The notes under the pieces are model-generated. The model was not told where the DNA came from, ran no database searches, and saw only the letters and a program-made list of their open reading frames with translations. The position numbers were made by a program, and so were the translations under genes. This document shows positions 44,040-53,841 of a DNA stretch of 64,000 nucleotides, piece by piece; the stretch's first letter is position 1, and every line of letters begins with the position of its first letter. The DNA comes from a bacterium. Lineage in GTDB: Bacteria; SAR324; NAC60-12. The stretch lies in contig OZ242383.1 in assembly GCA_965209155.1 (NCBI GenBank), positions 1,376,001 through 1,440,000 on the forward strand, read 5' to 3'.

Positions 44040-44063
44040 GTATGACTGTATGACCGCCCCGGA

Positions 44064-45488
44064 CTACTTGAGATTGTCCCAGACCTCTTGGATGCCCCTT
44101 AACACCTCTTTGGCAGACTTGCCACCGGTATAATCTATCATGCCCCGGTTAAAGGCCACGCCGCCAACGGCGCCGGGCATCAAGTCGCTTCCGTCGAACT
44201 GGAATGGGTCCGCGTTCAAGAGCATCTCATTCAACTTGGCAACGGCCGGGGGGTTAATCGCCTGATTGGCGTGCTTGTGCAGCGTCAGGAAACCGCCCTG
44301 AGCCATCATTAACTCGTGCGCAATCGGCGTCTTTAGCCATTCGATAAACCCACGGGCTGCTGGGCTGTCTTTGGTGATGGTCACAAAATGACCTCCACCA
44401 TTCACTGGGTATTTGGCAAGATCCGGCCTGTTGGCCCGGGTCGGAATGTAGAAGAAGTCCCAGTCGCCGAATTTTTTATCTTGTGGGAATACCCCCATGC
44501 TGTACGATCCCTGATGGAACATGTAGCAGTCCGGCGGGTTGTTGAAGATACCCGTCGCTGCTACTCGCCAATCGGCGCTGGCCACATGATCCGGGCCACC
44601 GAATACCATTTTTTCGTCGCGGAGAATTTCGCCCAATTCCTCGAGTGTGGCAACGATTCGGGGGTCATCAAATTTAATTTCGTTGGTGACCCACTTCTTG
44701 TACACTTCATGAGGATATTTGCGCAGCAAAAATTCCTCAAATAAGTCCTGTGCCGGCCAACCCGTCGAACCCTCAGCAAACAGAGCAACGCACCACGGTT
44801 TCTCGCCGTCGGCAACGATCCGATCTTCCAGCGCCTTCAGTTCTTCCCAGGTCTGCGGGATTTTGTAGCCCGCGTCCTCGAAGTTATCGGGGACGTACCA
44901 GATTTGCGACTTAACGTAGGTGAAGTAATGGATACCGTAAAAATGCTTCTTCCCGTCCGGACCTTCCCACATGGCTATGTCAACAAAGGTCTTGCCATCG
45001 GCGAAGTTTTCGTAAATCCAGGCAGCCAAATCGCAGTCGGCCAAATCGGAACACAAAGGGGTAACGAAGCCGCGCTTGGCCATGTCCTGGGCAAAACCTG
45101 GCAGAGCGAATGCGGTGATATTCGCTGATGTTCCTCCTTCGGCGTTAGCCACCACATCTTGCTTGAAGGTCTGCGAGCCGCGGTGGTTGGCGTCGGCACC
45201 GGTCGCTTCTGCGAAATAGGCCACCATATTTGCATACTGCTCGCCAAAGACACCTGTTTGTCTTGTGGTGACCGTGAGTTGCTGGCCAGAATAGTCGTGG
45301 GCTTTCGCGAAGGCGTGGTAGCTGTCCCAGTTGAACTCGCCTTCGCCAATCGGGAATATGAGGTGGCTATCCGCATGCGCGACACCCGTCAGGGCGAAGA
45401 TAGCGACCATCAAAGTCCCTATAAACCCGAACCTTTTTTTCACTTTTATCTTTTTCATAATAATTTCTCCAAATACGATTGATTTCAT
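44064..45488 (-). CDS. aglE: Sugar ABC substrate-binding protein, AglE-like, copy 1 (alternative start 45458)
   Basis: Signal peptide ending AHA, WYVPDNFEDAGY, PWC, FDGSDLMPGAVG. Confidence 0.85.
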   Translation of the reverse strand: MKSIVFGEIIMKKIKVKKRFGFIGTLMVAIFALTGVAHADSHLIFPIGEGEFNWDSYHAFAKAHDYSGQQLTVTTRQTGVFGEQYANMVAYFAEATGADANHRGSQTFKQDVVANAEGGTSANITAFALPGFAQDMAKRGFVTPLCSDLADCDLAAWIYENFADGKTFVDIAMWEGPDGKKHFYGIHYFTYVKSQIWYVPDNFEDAGYKIPQTWEELKALEDRIVADGEKPWCVALFAEGSTGWPAQDLFEEFLLRKYPHEVYKKWVTNEIKFDDPRIVATLEELGEILRDEKMVFGGPDHVASADWRVAATGIFNNPPDCYMFHQGSYSMGVFPQDKKFGDWDFFYIPTRANRPDLAKYPVNGGGHFVTITKDSPAARGFIEWLKTPIAHELMMAQGGFLTLHKHANQAINPPAVAKLNEMLLNADPFQFDGSDLMPGAVGGVAFNRGMIDYTGGKSAKEVLRGIQEVWDNLK

Positions 45489-45527
45489 AATTATCTCCCA
45501 ATTCTAGTTTTTTGAGATTGAAGGAAT

Positions 45528-46960
45528 GTAACTATTCAGGTCTCTGAAAAACCCGTTCAGTTAAATATCATTAAAAAGATTCCCGGAGAGGACCGATCGT
45601 TTTCAAGTCCTCCCACGATATTGTTCCATCGATCGGGAACCCTTTTTTTCACTAAAACAACTTAGTGATGGTATGATTATAGCACTACTACTACTACTTG
45701 CATAATGTCAACCCCCAAATTAAAAAAAATGCAGGATTCGTAAAAAAAAATTAAAAATCTATCAATCAGGGAGATCCGCTTCTTTATGATCATGAGCCAA
45801 AAAGCGAAGGTTCACTCCACAATCCAGTGTTTTTTCCAATGGCGATAATGATCGTAAACGCTTTGCCAGGGAGGTAAATCATGGATGAGCATACTCCACT
45901 GACAACTCGTTTTCACGACCTACAAAATCGCATTGACGATGCTATGTTTGCCAGGAATACATTTGGCCCGCAAGGGGCGAAACGTTTAAAAAAAGGGGAG
46001 TTTCAGTAACAAGGAGGCGCAGGTAAAAGCTTGTCCCGGACTGGATTCGGGAGAGACAAAGCCTGAGTGAGCAAATCGAGGATGGATTTTCCCTGTTTTC
46101 TGGTAGTGGAAATAGCTCCTCGGGAGGGAGGTTTCATCAAAATGAACCACCTCCGCTTGAATCAGAGCTTCAGCCACTTGTTGTTGCAAGGGATAAAGCC
46201 TCTGGGCGGCTTGCTGGAGGCTAGCATAAATCGTGGCCGCATTGAGCGGCTGGCCGAACAGATCCTCAAAGAATTGCTGGCATCGATCAAAGGGCAGAAA
46301 CTGATATTGATTGAGATAAACCGCTAAGCCTTTGATCCGGGGACCATATTGAGTGGGTCCCTCTATCCCTGCTGGAAAATTCGAGCGATTCAGATGCCGG
46401 CAGCAGGGACAAATTTTTTGTTCCACCTGATGCTCGGTGACCTCTAATTGGAGCGGGGGAAGATCAAACACTTGGCGTTTATGCCGGGCCTCAACCATCA
46501 CTTGGGATAAATCTTCTCCACAGGCTTCACAGGTGCTAACAAAATGAGGTTCCACATGATCTGGTGATTCACTGAAAGGCAAATGATGGCCTTTATGACC
46601 GGGTTGACCTCCGCGAGAGCGACCCCTGCTTTTACGCAAACTTTTGTTCTTTCGACTTTGATCGCTGGAAGGAGGCTTACTTGAGTTTTGGCTGTTGAGA
46701 GCCAACTGATCCCGAAGTTGCTTATTTTCTGCTTCGAGCGCTTCAATACGTTCGAGGAGTTTTAATCGCTCTTTCTTCCATTGCTCCCGTTCTTCTTCAA
46801 AGAGTTGACAGGCTTCTTGAAGAGCCTCGAGGTGGGGAATCGATGAAAGGGAATCAATATATTTTTGAACTTTCGAGAGCATAATGTCCATTCTGGACTT
46901 TATGCTTTGCAAAACCTGTGCTTAAATCAATGGGGGATCTAAAGAATCCTAAATAGTTAC
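45528..46960. mobile_element. IS66-family derived element (copy B)
   Basis: Terminal inverted repeats GTAACTATTCAGG (45528) / CCTAAATAGTTAC (46960); contains a truncated transposase; the paralogous site at about 59938 (GAAGGAAT|ATAC) lacks it. Confidence 0.8.
45986..46912 (-). pseudogene. IS66 transposase, truncated after the first catalytic Asp (HFDET)
   Basis: NSQNSSKPPSSD, GGQPGHKG, C..CG Zn finger, QYGPRIK; homology ends at VHFDETS. Confidence 0.88.
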
Positions 46961-46977
46961 TTTTGAGCAATATCATT

Positions 46978-47859
46978 ATGCCCCAAGCCTATCCAAAAAC
47001 TCGCTGGCATCGTATCTTGGGGAAAATGCTGGAGGAATGGCTCATTCCGGTCAACATCACCGTCAATCTTGAATTTCCCCTCTCAAACGATCCCCCTGAA
47101 GCCGATATTCTCTTAATCCGCAATACCAAAAATCAGTGGAACCAGACCCAAAAAGAACGATTGCCCGATGGCATCCGACAAACCCACGCTTCTCACATTT
47201 TGATTGAGTTCAAATATTCTCAATCCACCAACACTGATGCTTTTTTTCAGATAATCAGTTATTATAGTTTCTATCAACGTGCTAAAAAAATATCCAAGCG
47301 TCAGTTACGAGCTTTTGTGGTCAGTAGCAAAACCCCCAATGCTCAAACATTAAGGGATTTCGGATATGCTACTACCGATCACGCGGGAGTGTATCAAAGC
47401 AAGAATGTGTTTCTAGAAGCCATAGATCTCATTGTGCTCAATGAATCGGAAAACACCGCCTATAACGCCCCGCTGAAATGCTTTGCCAGTCGAAAAAAAG
47501 AACAACGAAAGGCTTTTGAAATCATTGAACACGGTCAAATTCAAAAAACCTCTAAAACGCTTGGTTGGTTGTTGGAAGGATTAGCCCAACGTTTACTTCT
47601 TCAGAAAGGAAGGAATATGTCAGACAGAGAAGAACTTACCCCGGATGAGCTCATTGAGGAAGGGAAAAAATGGGAAAAATTTGTCTTAGCCCATACTTCT
47701 ATTGAAGAACGATTAGCAGGCGTGCCCCCGGAAGAGGTCTTAAAAAATTATGCTCCGGAAGAGGTCTTAAAAAATTATGCTCCGGAAGAGGTCTTAAAAA
47801 ATTACTCTCTCAAGGATATACAACGTTATTTGGATACTTTAAAGCAAAAAAAACCTTGA
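46978..47859 (+). CDS. Rpn-like PD-(D/E)xK protein with C-terminal tandem repeats
   Basis: PPEADILL...LIEFK motif; internal SD-ATG at 47617; PEEVLKNY repeats. Confidence 0.7.
   Translation: MPQAYPKTRWHRILGKMLEEWLIPVNITVNLEFPLSNDPPEADILLIRNTKNQWNQTQKERLPDGIRQTHASHILIEFKYSQSTNTDAFFQIISYYSFYQRAKKISKRQLRAFVVSSKTPNAQTLRDFGYATTDHAGVYQSKNVFLEAIDLIVLNESENTAYNAPLKCFASRKKEQRKAFEIIEHGQIQKTSKTLGWLLEGLAQRLLLQKGRNMSDREELTPDELIEEGKKWEKFVLAHTSIEERLAGVPPEEVLKNYAPEEVLKNYAPEEVLKNYSLKDIQRYLDTLKQKKP
47728..47808 (+). repeat. 3 x 27-bp coding tandem repeat
   Basis: CCGGAAGAGGTCTTAAAAAATTATGCT x3 (third ends TACTCT). Confidence 0.95.
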
Positions 47860-47899
47860 CTCCTTTTCCTGCAAGGGGTCCATCAAAACCATCTTTCTT

Positions 47900-49125
47900 T
47901 TATGAAGGTTTGAGATGATATTGGATTATTTTTCGATACAATGTTTTACGATCAACCTTCAGGAGGGTTGAAACTTTGCCCTGGTGCCAGTCATTATCTT
48001 CCAGGACCCTGGTCAAATACAGTTTTTCGAATCGCTTCACAGTGGCATCCAAGGATTCATTGGTTTCACGCTCCTCAACCGAGACCGGTGGTTCTGTTTG
48101 GCTGTCATCGATTAAAGAGGTATCGAGGAAGTCGAGTTTCTCGATCGTCAGGTAGCGATGCAGGGTTTTTCTTTTCTATCACTCATCTCATGGATGGCTT
48201 CGGCCACCAGTTCTTTACCGGTCCCTGATTCACCGTATACAATGACGACCACATCGCTAGCCGCCGCCTTTAAGATCAATTCATAAATCTCCTGCATCAC
48301 GGGGCTTTTGCCGATGATCTTTCCGAAGCGATAACGTTCCTTAATGTTGGCCTTCAGGCGGACATTCTCCTCACGCAAGGAGGTTTCGCTCTTTTTGAGG
48401 TTTTCGTGAAGCCTGGCATTTTCCAGAGAGATGGCGATCTGGGAGGTGAGGTGCTTGATCAATTCGAGTCGCCGGGAGGTGAAGGCCCCCTCGACCAGGT
48501 TATTTTCCAGGTAAATGATGCCGCTCAAGGCGCACTGATGATGTATCGGTGCGCACAGGATGGATTTGGGACGCTCCCTTGTTCCAGTTCCGGGATCACC
48601 CGGGTCACCAGTTGTCCATTGGGCCCCAGAGCAGTCCGTATCCTGCTTTTCCAACGCTCCATTCCGGATTGGCCTTCAGCCGGTATCTCCTGGATGATCC
48701 CCCGCAGCGCCTGGATCAGGGCGCTGTAGGGGATATTGTGCCGGAGCTGGTCAAACTTGCCGGAGATGAAGAAACCGTTTTTTTGGGCAACAGACCTGTG
48801 AATTTCACCGACCAGGGCGGTTTTACCGACACCGGCGGATCCCGAGATCAGCACCATCTCGGTCGCTCCCTGGCTGACTCGCTCCAGGGCGGCCTCCAGG
48901 GCGATGATTTCATCCTCCCGGCCGTAAAGCCCCGGGGCGATCTGCAGTTCTTTGGGAATGTCCAGGTGAGCTAAGGGAAAGTCGATCAGGCTCCCCTGGT
49001 TTTCCATTTGCTCCACACATGTCAGCAGATCGGCTTCCAGACCCGAATGACTCTGGTAGCGCGCCTCGGCACGCTTGGCTATCAGTTTCATCACCATATT
49101 AGAAAGGACTCTGGGTACTTGCGGT
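47900..49125 (-). pseudogene. Multi-deletion remnant of a kinase/AAA-GAF-sigma54 activator gene
   Basis: Fragments in order: kinase tail + AAA (KLIAK....RYQS, GSAGVGKT, GKFDQ), GAF end + start of the activator domain (GESGTGKE), Fis-HTH (VDRKTLYRKI*). The GAF DNA is nearly identical to 62340-62590. Confidence 0.85.
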
Positions 49126-49404
49126 TCAATTATTATTCTTCGCATCCACCGGATCATGACCCAGAACCACCTCATGCATCAGGTTCCTGGCAATGTTGCG
49201 GGCTTCTTTGGCGGTCAAAACCCCATGCATGCCAATGGTATAGCGTCTCTGTCGTCTATTGATGCGGTATTGCAGGAGATACACCCGTCTTCCCTTTGGG
49301 GTTATTTTACAGCCGAACATCGGCAGCTCCGTGTCCCACAGGAAGCGGTCTTTTGTTCCGCATGACATATTTTCGACGGATTGCTTTCTGATTTTGCCTT
49401 TCAC
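49126..49404 (-). pseudogene. Tyrosine integrase N-terminal arm-DNA-binding fragment
   Basis: WDTELPMFG.KITPKG...LQYR....RRYTIG.HG.LT..EAR...GHDP; catalytic domain absent. Confidence 0.8.
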
Positions 49405-49835
49405 AGTCCTTCCGCTATTTTGGATATCAAATAAAAATCAATGATTCTGCTTGACGCATCGTACAACGTCACCGCTGTGGAAAAATAGACAGTAAACAAA
49501 TAGCAAACATTCATCAACAGAATTGTTTGTCTGGTGGATGGTCGAATCCCGGAGAAAAGAGATGATGAGTAGCCTACCGAGCTGTCACTGCCGGGGGACT
49601 TATCTTTACGATACCGCGACGGCTATGGTCAGCTTGATCAACTTTTTAGGTTCAGCGATTGCTTTGCAGAAAGGCCACGGAATTCTCAAGCGACAGCAGC
49701 GGAGGGAGGATTTGCATGAAGCGTTCGGCCATTTTGGCCCGCTCCCCACCAAACCCTGACATCACAAATGGGAGCAGGATTCGCTATTTCGTTACGATGG
49801 TTCATTGTCCTTTCCTCCTATTCTCTGCATCTCTT

Positions 49836-50933
49836 TCAAGAACCTCTCGATTTGAAATAAGGGATGATTTCTTTGGACAGGATTTCGTCACTCTCCTCAT
49901 CGGCGATGAGGGGAACTACAGCGATGTTTGTCGCACCCAAGTTCACGAACTTCTCGAAAGTATCGAGACATTGCTGGAGGGATCCCACCGCCATCATCTC
50001 ATCGATCCCTCGATCGAGCGCTTCCTCCGGGACTTGAAGCTGTTCGACGGCCCTGTTTAATTCATTCGCATAGTCCGTGGTGGGCGCAATGTATTGATAC
50101 TCCAGCTTCTTCCGTGAAGATTCGTCCGCGACTTCCACACCCAGATCCTTCTGGAGCCTTGTGTGGAAGACCAAGGTCTCCTTCAAGAGTTGCTTTGCCT
50201 TCTCCCGCACGGAACGTGTCTCACTAACGGCGAAGGGAATATACGCTATAACATCGATCTCGTCGATGCTCCGGCCCGACCGCTCCGCCGCCTTGCTCAT
50301 CACCGAGACCTTTCTCTTGAAGGAGGCCTCCGTATTCGGATTGCCCGACAACCAGCCCTGGCACATCTCGCCAATGAGGTTGAACAGCTTCGTCGACGTG
50401 AACGCGCCGATGTAGATGGGCGGATGGGGCTTCTGGACCGGCAGCAAAGAGAGATGGGCGTCCTCGAGGCAATAGTGCTCCCCGGAATAGCTGACCGGAT
50501 TGTCGATGGAAGAGCCCCACAGGAGCTTCATCACTTCCAGCGATTCTTTGAGCCGGCTGACCCGAACGTCGGGGGGCTCCCAGAGTATCCCAAAGGGCTG
50601 GGTGTTCATGACCTCCCCTGCCCCGATGCCCAGATTGACGCGACCATTCGTTAGATGATCCAAGGTCGCTATCATGCCGGCGACCTTGGCAGGGTGTATC
50701 CTCTGAATGTCGGTCACGCCCGATCCCAGCCTGATCGTCGTCGTCCTTGCGCCGATGTTCCCCAGTATGGTCCAGGCATCGTAGACTGCCGACACCGGCG
50801 GCATGTCTGTCAGGTGGTCGGACGGCCACACGCAATCGATGCCTAGCTTCTCTGCCCCCACCCCCTTGTCCGCAGCTTCTCTCGGATTCGGGCCAGGGGG
50901 GCAAATGGAAAAACGGATCTTGCTCTGATTCAT
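49836..50933 (-). CDS. LLM-class flavin/F420-dependent oxidoreductase
   Basis: WPSDH, HPAKVA..IATLD..TNGRVNLGIGAG, PVQKPHPPIYIG. Confidence 0.9.
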   Translation of the reverse strand: MNQSKIRFSICPPGPNPREAADKGVGAEKLGIDCVWPSDHLTDMPPVSAVYDAWTILGNIGARTTTIRLGSGVTDIQRIHPAKVAGMIATLDHLTNGRVNLGIGAGEVMNTQPFGILWEPPDVRVSRLKESLEVMKLLWGSSIDNPVSYSGEHYCLEDAHLSLLPVQKPHPPIYIGAFTSTKLFNLIGEMCQGWLSGNPNTEASFKRKVSVMSKAAERSGRSIDEIDVIAYIPFAVSETRSVREKAKQLLKETLVFHTRLQKDLGVEVADESSRKKLEYQYIAPTTDYANELNRAVEQLQVPEEALDRGIDEMMAVGSLQQCLDTFEKFVNLGATNIAVVPLIADEESDEILSKEIIPYFKSRGS

Positions 50934-51003
50934 GTCTTGCTCTCCTTTAAAGATGAATCCCACTTTCCTTTTTTTCTCCAAATATGACAATCATATTCCC
51001 ATT

Positions 51004-51222
51004 CTACGGATGTCCTCCGGAGGGAAGGACATTGGCCAATTGGTCACGGACCCCGTATTGGTCGAAGAGGGCTTCTACCTGAGCCCAATGGGAATCGTAT
51101 CCCGTAAGATTGGCCTGGGCCAGGTGATCTGCCACGATACCGGTGTGGCCAGCCGAGGCTCCTCCCGCCTGCATCATCACATCGGTTATCCGGACAATCT
51201 GATGTTTCGTTAAAATTGGCAT
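51004..51222 (-). pseudogene. Ldh_2 (malate/L-lactate dehydrogenase-like) gene with most of the body deleted
   Basis: VADHLAQANLTGYDSH N-terminal motif joined directly to a C-terminal-like WAQVEAL helix. Confidence 0.7.
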
Positions 51223-51251
51223 GTTCAACTCCTTCAAATTCAGTTAGATAG

Positions 51252-51287
51252 CTCCCCTCCCCTGGAGGGAGTAATTGGGGGAGGGGG
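51252..51287. repeat. CCCCTCCCC...GGGGAGGGG REP-like palindrome
   Basis: CTCCCCTCCCCTGGAGGGAG-TAATT-GGGGGAGGGG. Confidence 0.55.
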
Positions 51288-51310
51288 ATAATTGGTTTTA
51301 AAACAGCTTC

Positions 51311-52402
51311 TTAGCGATAATAGAGAGAATCGCCCTCGTGGAAGAGGTGAATCTTGGGGGGCTCGGCGGTCAGTTTGACCGTGTTGCCGCGCAAACCTGT
51401 GTGAATGCCCGGCAGCTTTGCGAGCATGGCATCTTTGTCCTGCACCCGGTCAAAGTGGAGCAGGGTCACCTCGCCCAATTCCTCGGTGATGCTCACCTTG
51501 CCTTCGAAAATACAATCGCCGTCGGTTTCTACCAAATCCTCCGGCCGAACCCCAACGTTGACCTTCAGGCCTTCCTCCGAGCTTCGCGTCGGGGCAGCCG
51601 AGACGGCAACCCCACCGGTCTCGAGCTTGATGCTGGTCTGCTCTCCCGTGCCGACAACTTCGCCGGGAAGCAGGTTCATGGCGGGTGAGCCGATGAACTG
51701 GGCGACAAACTCGTTATGGGGCCGGGTATACAGTTCCAACGGTCTGCCGACCTGAGCAATGCGCCCACCGGGGGTGAGCAACACGATGCGACTCGCCAGG
51801 GTCATGGCCTCCACCTGGTCGTGGGTCACGTAGATCATGGTGCTCTCAGGCATCGACTCCTTGAGCTGGGCGATCTCAATCCGGGTGGCCACCCGCAAGG
51901 CGGCATCAAGATTGGAGAGCGGCTCGTCGAACAGGTAAACCTTGGGATCACGCACGATCGCCCGGCCGATGGCCACCCGCTGACGTTGGCCGCCGGAGAG
52001 CGCTTTGGGCAGTCGTTCGAGATAGGGCTCCATCTGGAGGATCCGTGCGGCCTGCGTGACGGTGGTATTGATCACCTGACGCGACTTCCTGGCAAGCTCG
52101 AGGGCAAAGTTCATGTTCTTGCGCACGTTCATGTGCGGATACAAGCCATAGGACTGGAACACCATCGCGATACCACGCTGGGCCGGTGGCACATCATTGA
52201 CGACCTGCCCCTCGATCTCCAGTGTGCCCGACGTGATGGTCTCGAGTCCGGCGATCATGCGTAAAAGGGTTGTCTTGCCACAGCCCGACGGCCCGAGTAA
52301 GACGATCAGTTCACCCTGCTCGATATCCAGATTGATATCCTCGAGGGCCTTGACGGCTCCTCCATAGATTTTTTCGACGTTGGTCAGCTTCATTTCGGAC
52401 AT
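51311..52402 (-). CDS. aglK: Sugar ABC ATPase, AglK-like, copy 2
   Basis: GPSGCGKTT, LSGGQRQR; near-identical to copy 1. Confidence 0.9.
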   Translation of the reverse strand: MSEMKLTNVEKIYGGAVKALEDINLDIEQGELIVLLGPSGCGKTTLLRMIAGLETITSGTLEIEGQVVNDVPPAQRGIAMVFQSYGLYPHMNVRKNMNFALELARKSRQVINTTVTQAARILQMEPYLERLPKALSGGQRQRVAIGRAIVRDPKVYLFDEPLSNLDAALRVATRIEIAQLKESMPESTMIYVTHDQVEAMTLASRIVLLTPGGRIAQVGRPLELYTRPHNEFVAQFIGSPAMNLLPGEVVGTGEQTSIKLETGGVAVSAAPTRSSEEGLKVNVGVRPEDLVETDGDCIFEGKVSITEELGEVTLLHFDRVQDKDAMLAKLPGIHTGLRGNTVKLTAEPPKIHLFHEGDSLYYR

Positions 52403-52459
52403 TGGTCCCTCCCTGTCTGTTCAGGTCCGGCGCGTCTTCCGGATCCGGTTCAAAGACGC

Positions 52460-52631
52460 TATTGCGGTTCACAATTGAATATACCATAATGTTCCTCTTT
52501 TTGTCATCCTGAGGCCATGGCGGCCCCTTGAGAAGGATCTCATTGAAATCATAGAGATTCTTCTCCTGCGGACGCTTCGGCGGACCGTCAGAATGACATA
52601 TTGGTGTCGCACCCAACTGAGAAACACTATA
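52460..52631. mobile_element. MITE-like insertion with internal GTCATCCTGA/GTCATTCTGA palindromes
   Basis: Absent from the paralogous spacer at about 41505-41515; imperfect TIR TATTGCGGTTCACAATTG / TATAGTGTTTCTCAGTTG. Confidence 0.65.
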
Positions 52632-52667
52632 CGTGTCGCGACGCCCTGCCCTCAATTCTTCAATCGG

Positions 52668-53828
52668 TCACCCTTTGATTGATCCGGCCAACAAGCCGCG
52701 CGCGAAATGTCGTTGCATGGCGAAGAAGACCGCCAACGGCACCGCCATGGAAATGAAGGTCCCCGTCGCCATGAGATCCCAGTTGCCGCCAAAGGTCCCC
52801 ATCATTCTGATAATGGCCTGTGTCATGACCATGGTGTCACCGGAGGCGTCGATCAGAAACACCTTGGCAGCCAGGAGATCGTTAAACGTCCATAGAAACT
52901 GGACGATCGCCCACGCGGCGAGCGCCGGAATGCTGAGCGGCAGAATGATCCTGATAAATATTTGGAAATCAGTCGCACCGTCGAGCTTGGCGTTTTCGAT
53001 AATTTCGCGCGGTATGCCGGCCATGTAGTTGCGCAAAAGAAAGATGCCGAAGGGCAGGGTGAACGCGGTATGGAAGAGCCAAACGCCCAGATAGCTCTTA
53101 CCGATACCGATGTCCACATGTAGCTTTAGAATGGGGATCAAGGCAACCTGGGAAGGAGTGACAAGGCCCATGGCCATCCCCGCAATCAACCATGCCCGGC
53201 CGCGGAAATTCATCCAGGCGAGCGCGTAGGCGGCAAATGCGGCAATCACGATTGGGATAATCGTCGCTGGAATGGCCACGGTCAACGTGTTGAGAAAGGC
53301 CTGCGATATCCCTCGTTCGTGCTTCTCGTCGAACAGCATCCAGTGGTAATTTGCGAGCGTAAATTTGGGTGGCGCTCTTACCGTGGCGAATACGCGTTGT
53401 CCGCGGCCGCTCAACTGATCGTCGTTGCCGCGCCAGACGTAATCGCCATTGGCCTGAACCGTGATGCTTTCCCCATCTCCCAGGTCGGCCACCTCACCGG
53501 GAACATAGGCATCAATCGCTCGCGACGAGGTGCCCCAGACGGAAATCTTCTTCGAGGACCCCTCGCCGAACAGGTTGCCCGAGACCGTAAAGACGCCGCC
53601 TTCAGCCACGCGAAAGTCGTCCGGATCGGCGGCCCGGAGAACTTCGTTCTGCTCGTTTGGAAAGAGCGCTGCCCACCATCCTGAACCACTGATCTGGTCT
53701 GCGGTTCGGAATGAAGAGACGAACAGACCCAGCGTCGGAGCCAGCCACACCGCGACCAGCAAAGCGACTAAGATGTGCACGACCCATGTGCGCGTGGATT
53801 TGGTTTCTACTATTCCGTCCATGTTCAA
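52668..53828 (-). CDS. aglG: Carbohydrate ABC permease, AglG-like, copy 2
   Basis: Paralog of 41552-42715. Confidence 0.85.
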   Translation of the reverse strand: MNMDGIVETKSTRTWVVHILVALLVAVWLAPTLGLFVSSFRTADQISGSGWWAALFPNEQNEVLRAADPDDFRVAEGGVFTVSGNLFGEGSSKKISVWGTSSRAIDAYVPGEVADLGDGESITVQANGDYVWRGNDDQLSGRGQRVFATVRAPPKFTLANYHWMLFDEKHERGISQAFLNTLTVAIPATIIPIVIAAFAAYALAWMNFRGRAWLIAGMAMGLVTPSQVALIPILKLHVDIGIGKSYLGVWLFHTAFTLPFGIFLLRNYMAGIPREIIENAKLDGATDFQIFIRIILPLSIPALAAWAIVQFLWTFNDLLAAKVFLIDASGDTMVMTQAIIRMMGTFGGNWDLMATGTFISMAVPLAVFFAMQRHFARGLLAGSIKG

Positions 53829-53841
53829 TCCTCCCTATTCC

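Noticed and set aside
45881..46008. 42-aa ORF with GGAGG RBS inside the IS66-derived element
   Set aside because: No recognisable homology and not preserved in the other copy of the element
47728..47808. CRISPR-like repeat array
   Set aside because: Units are contiguous with no spacers, in frame within a CDS, and no cas genes are present
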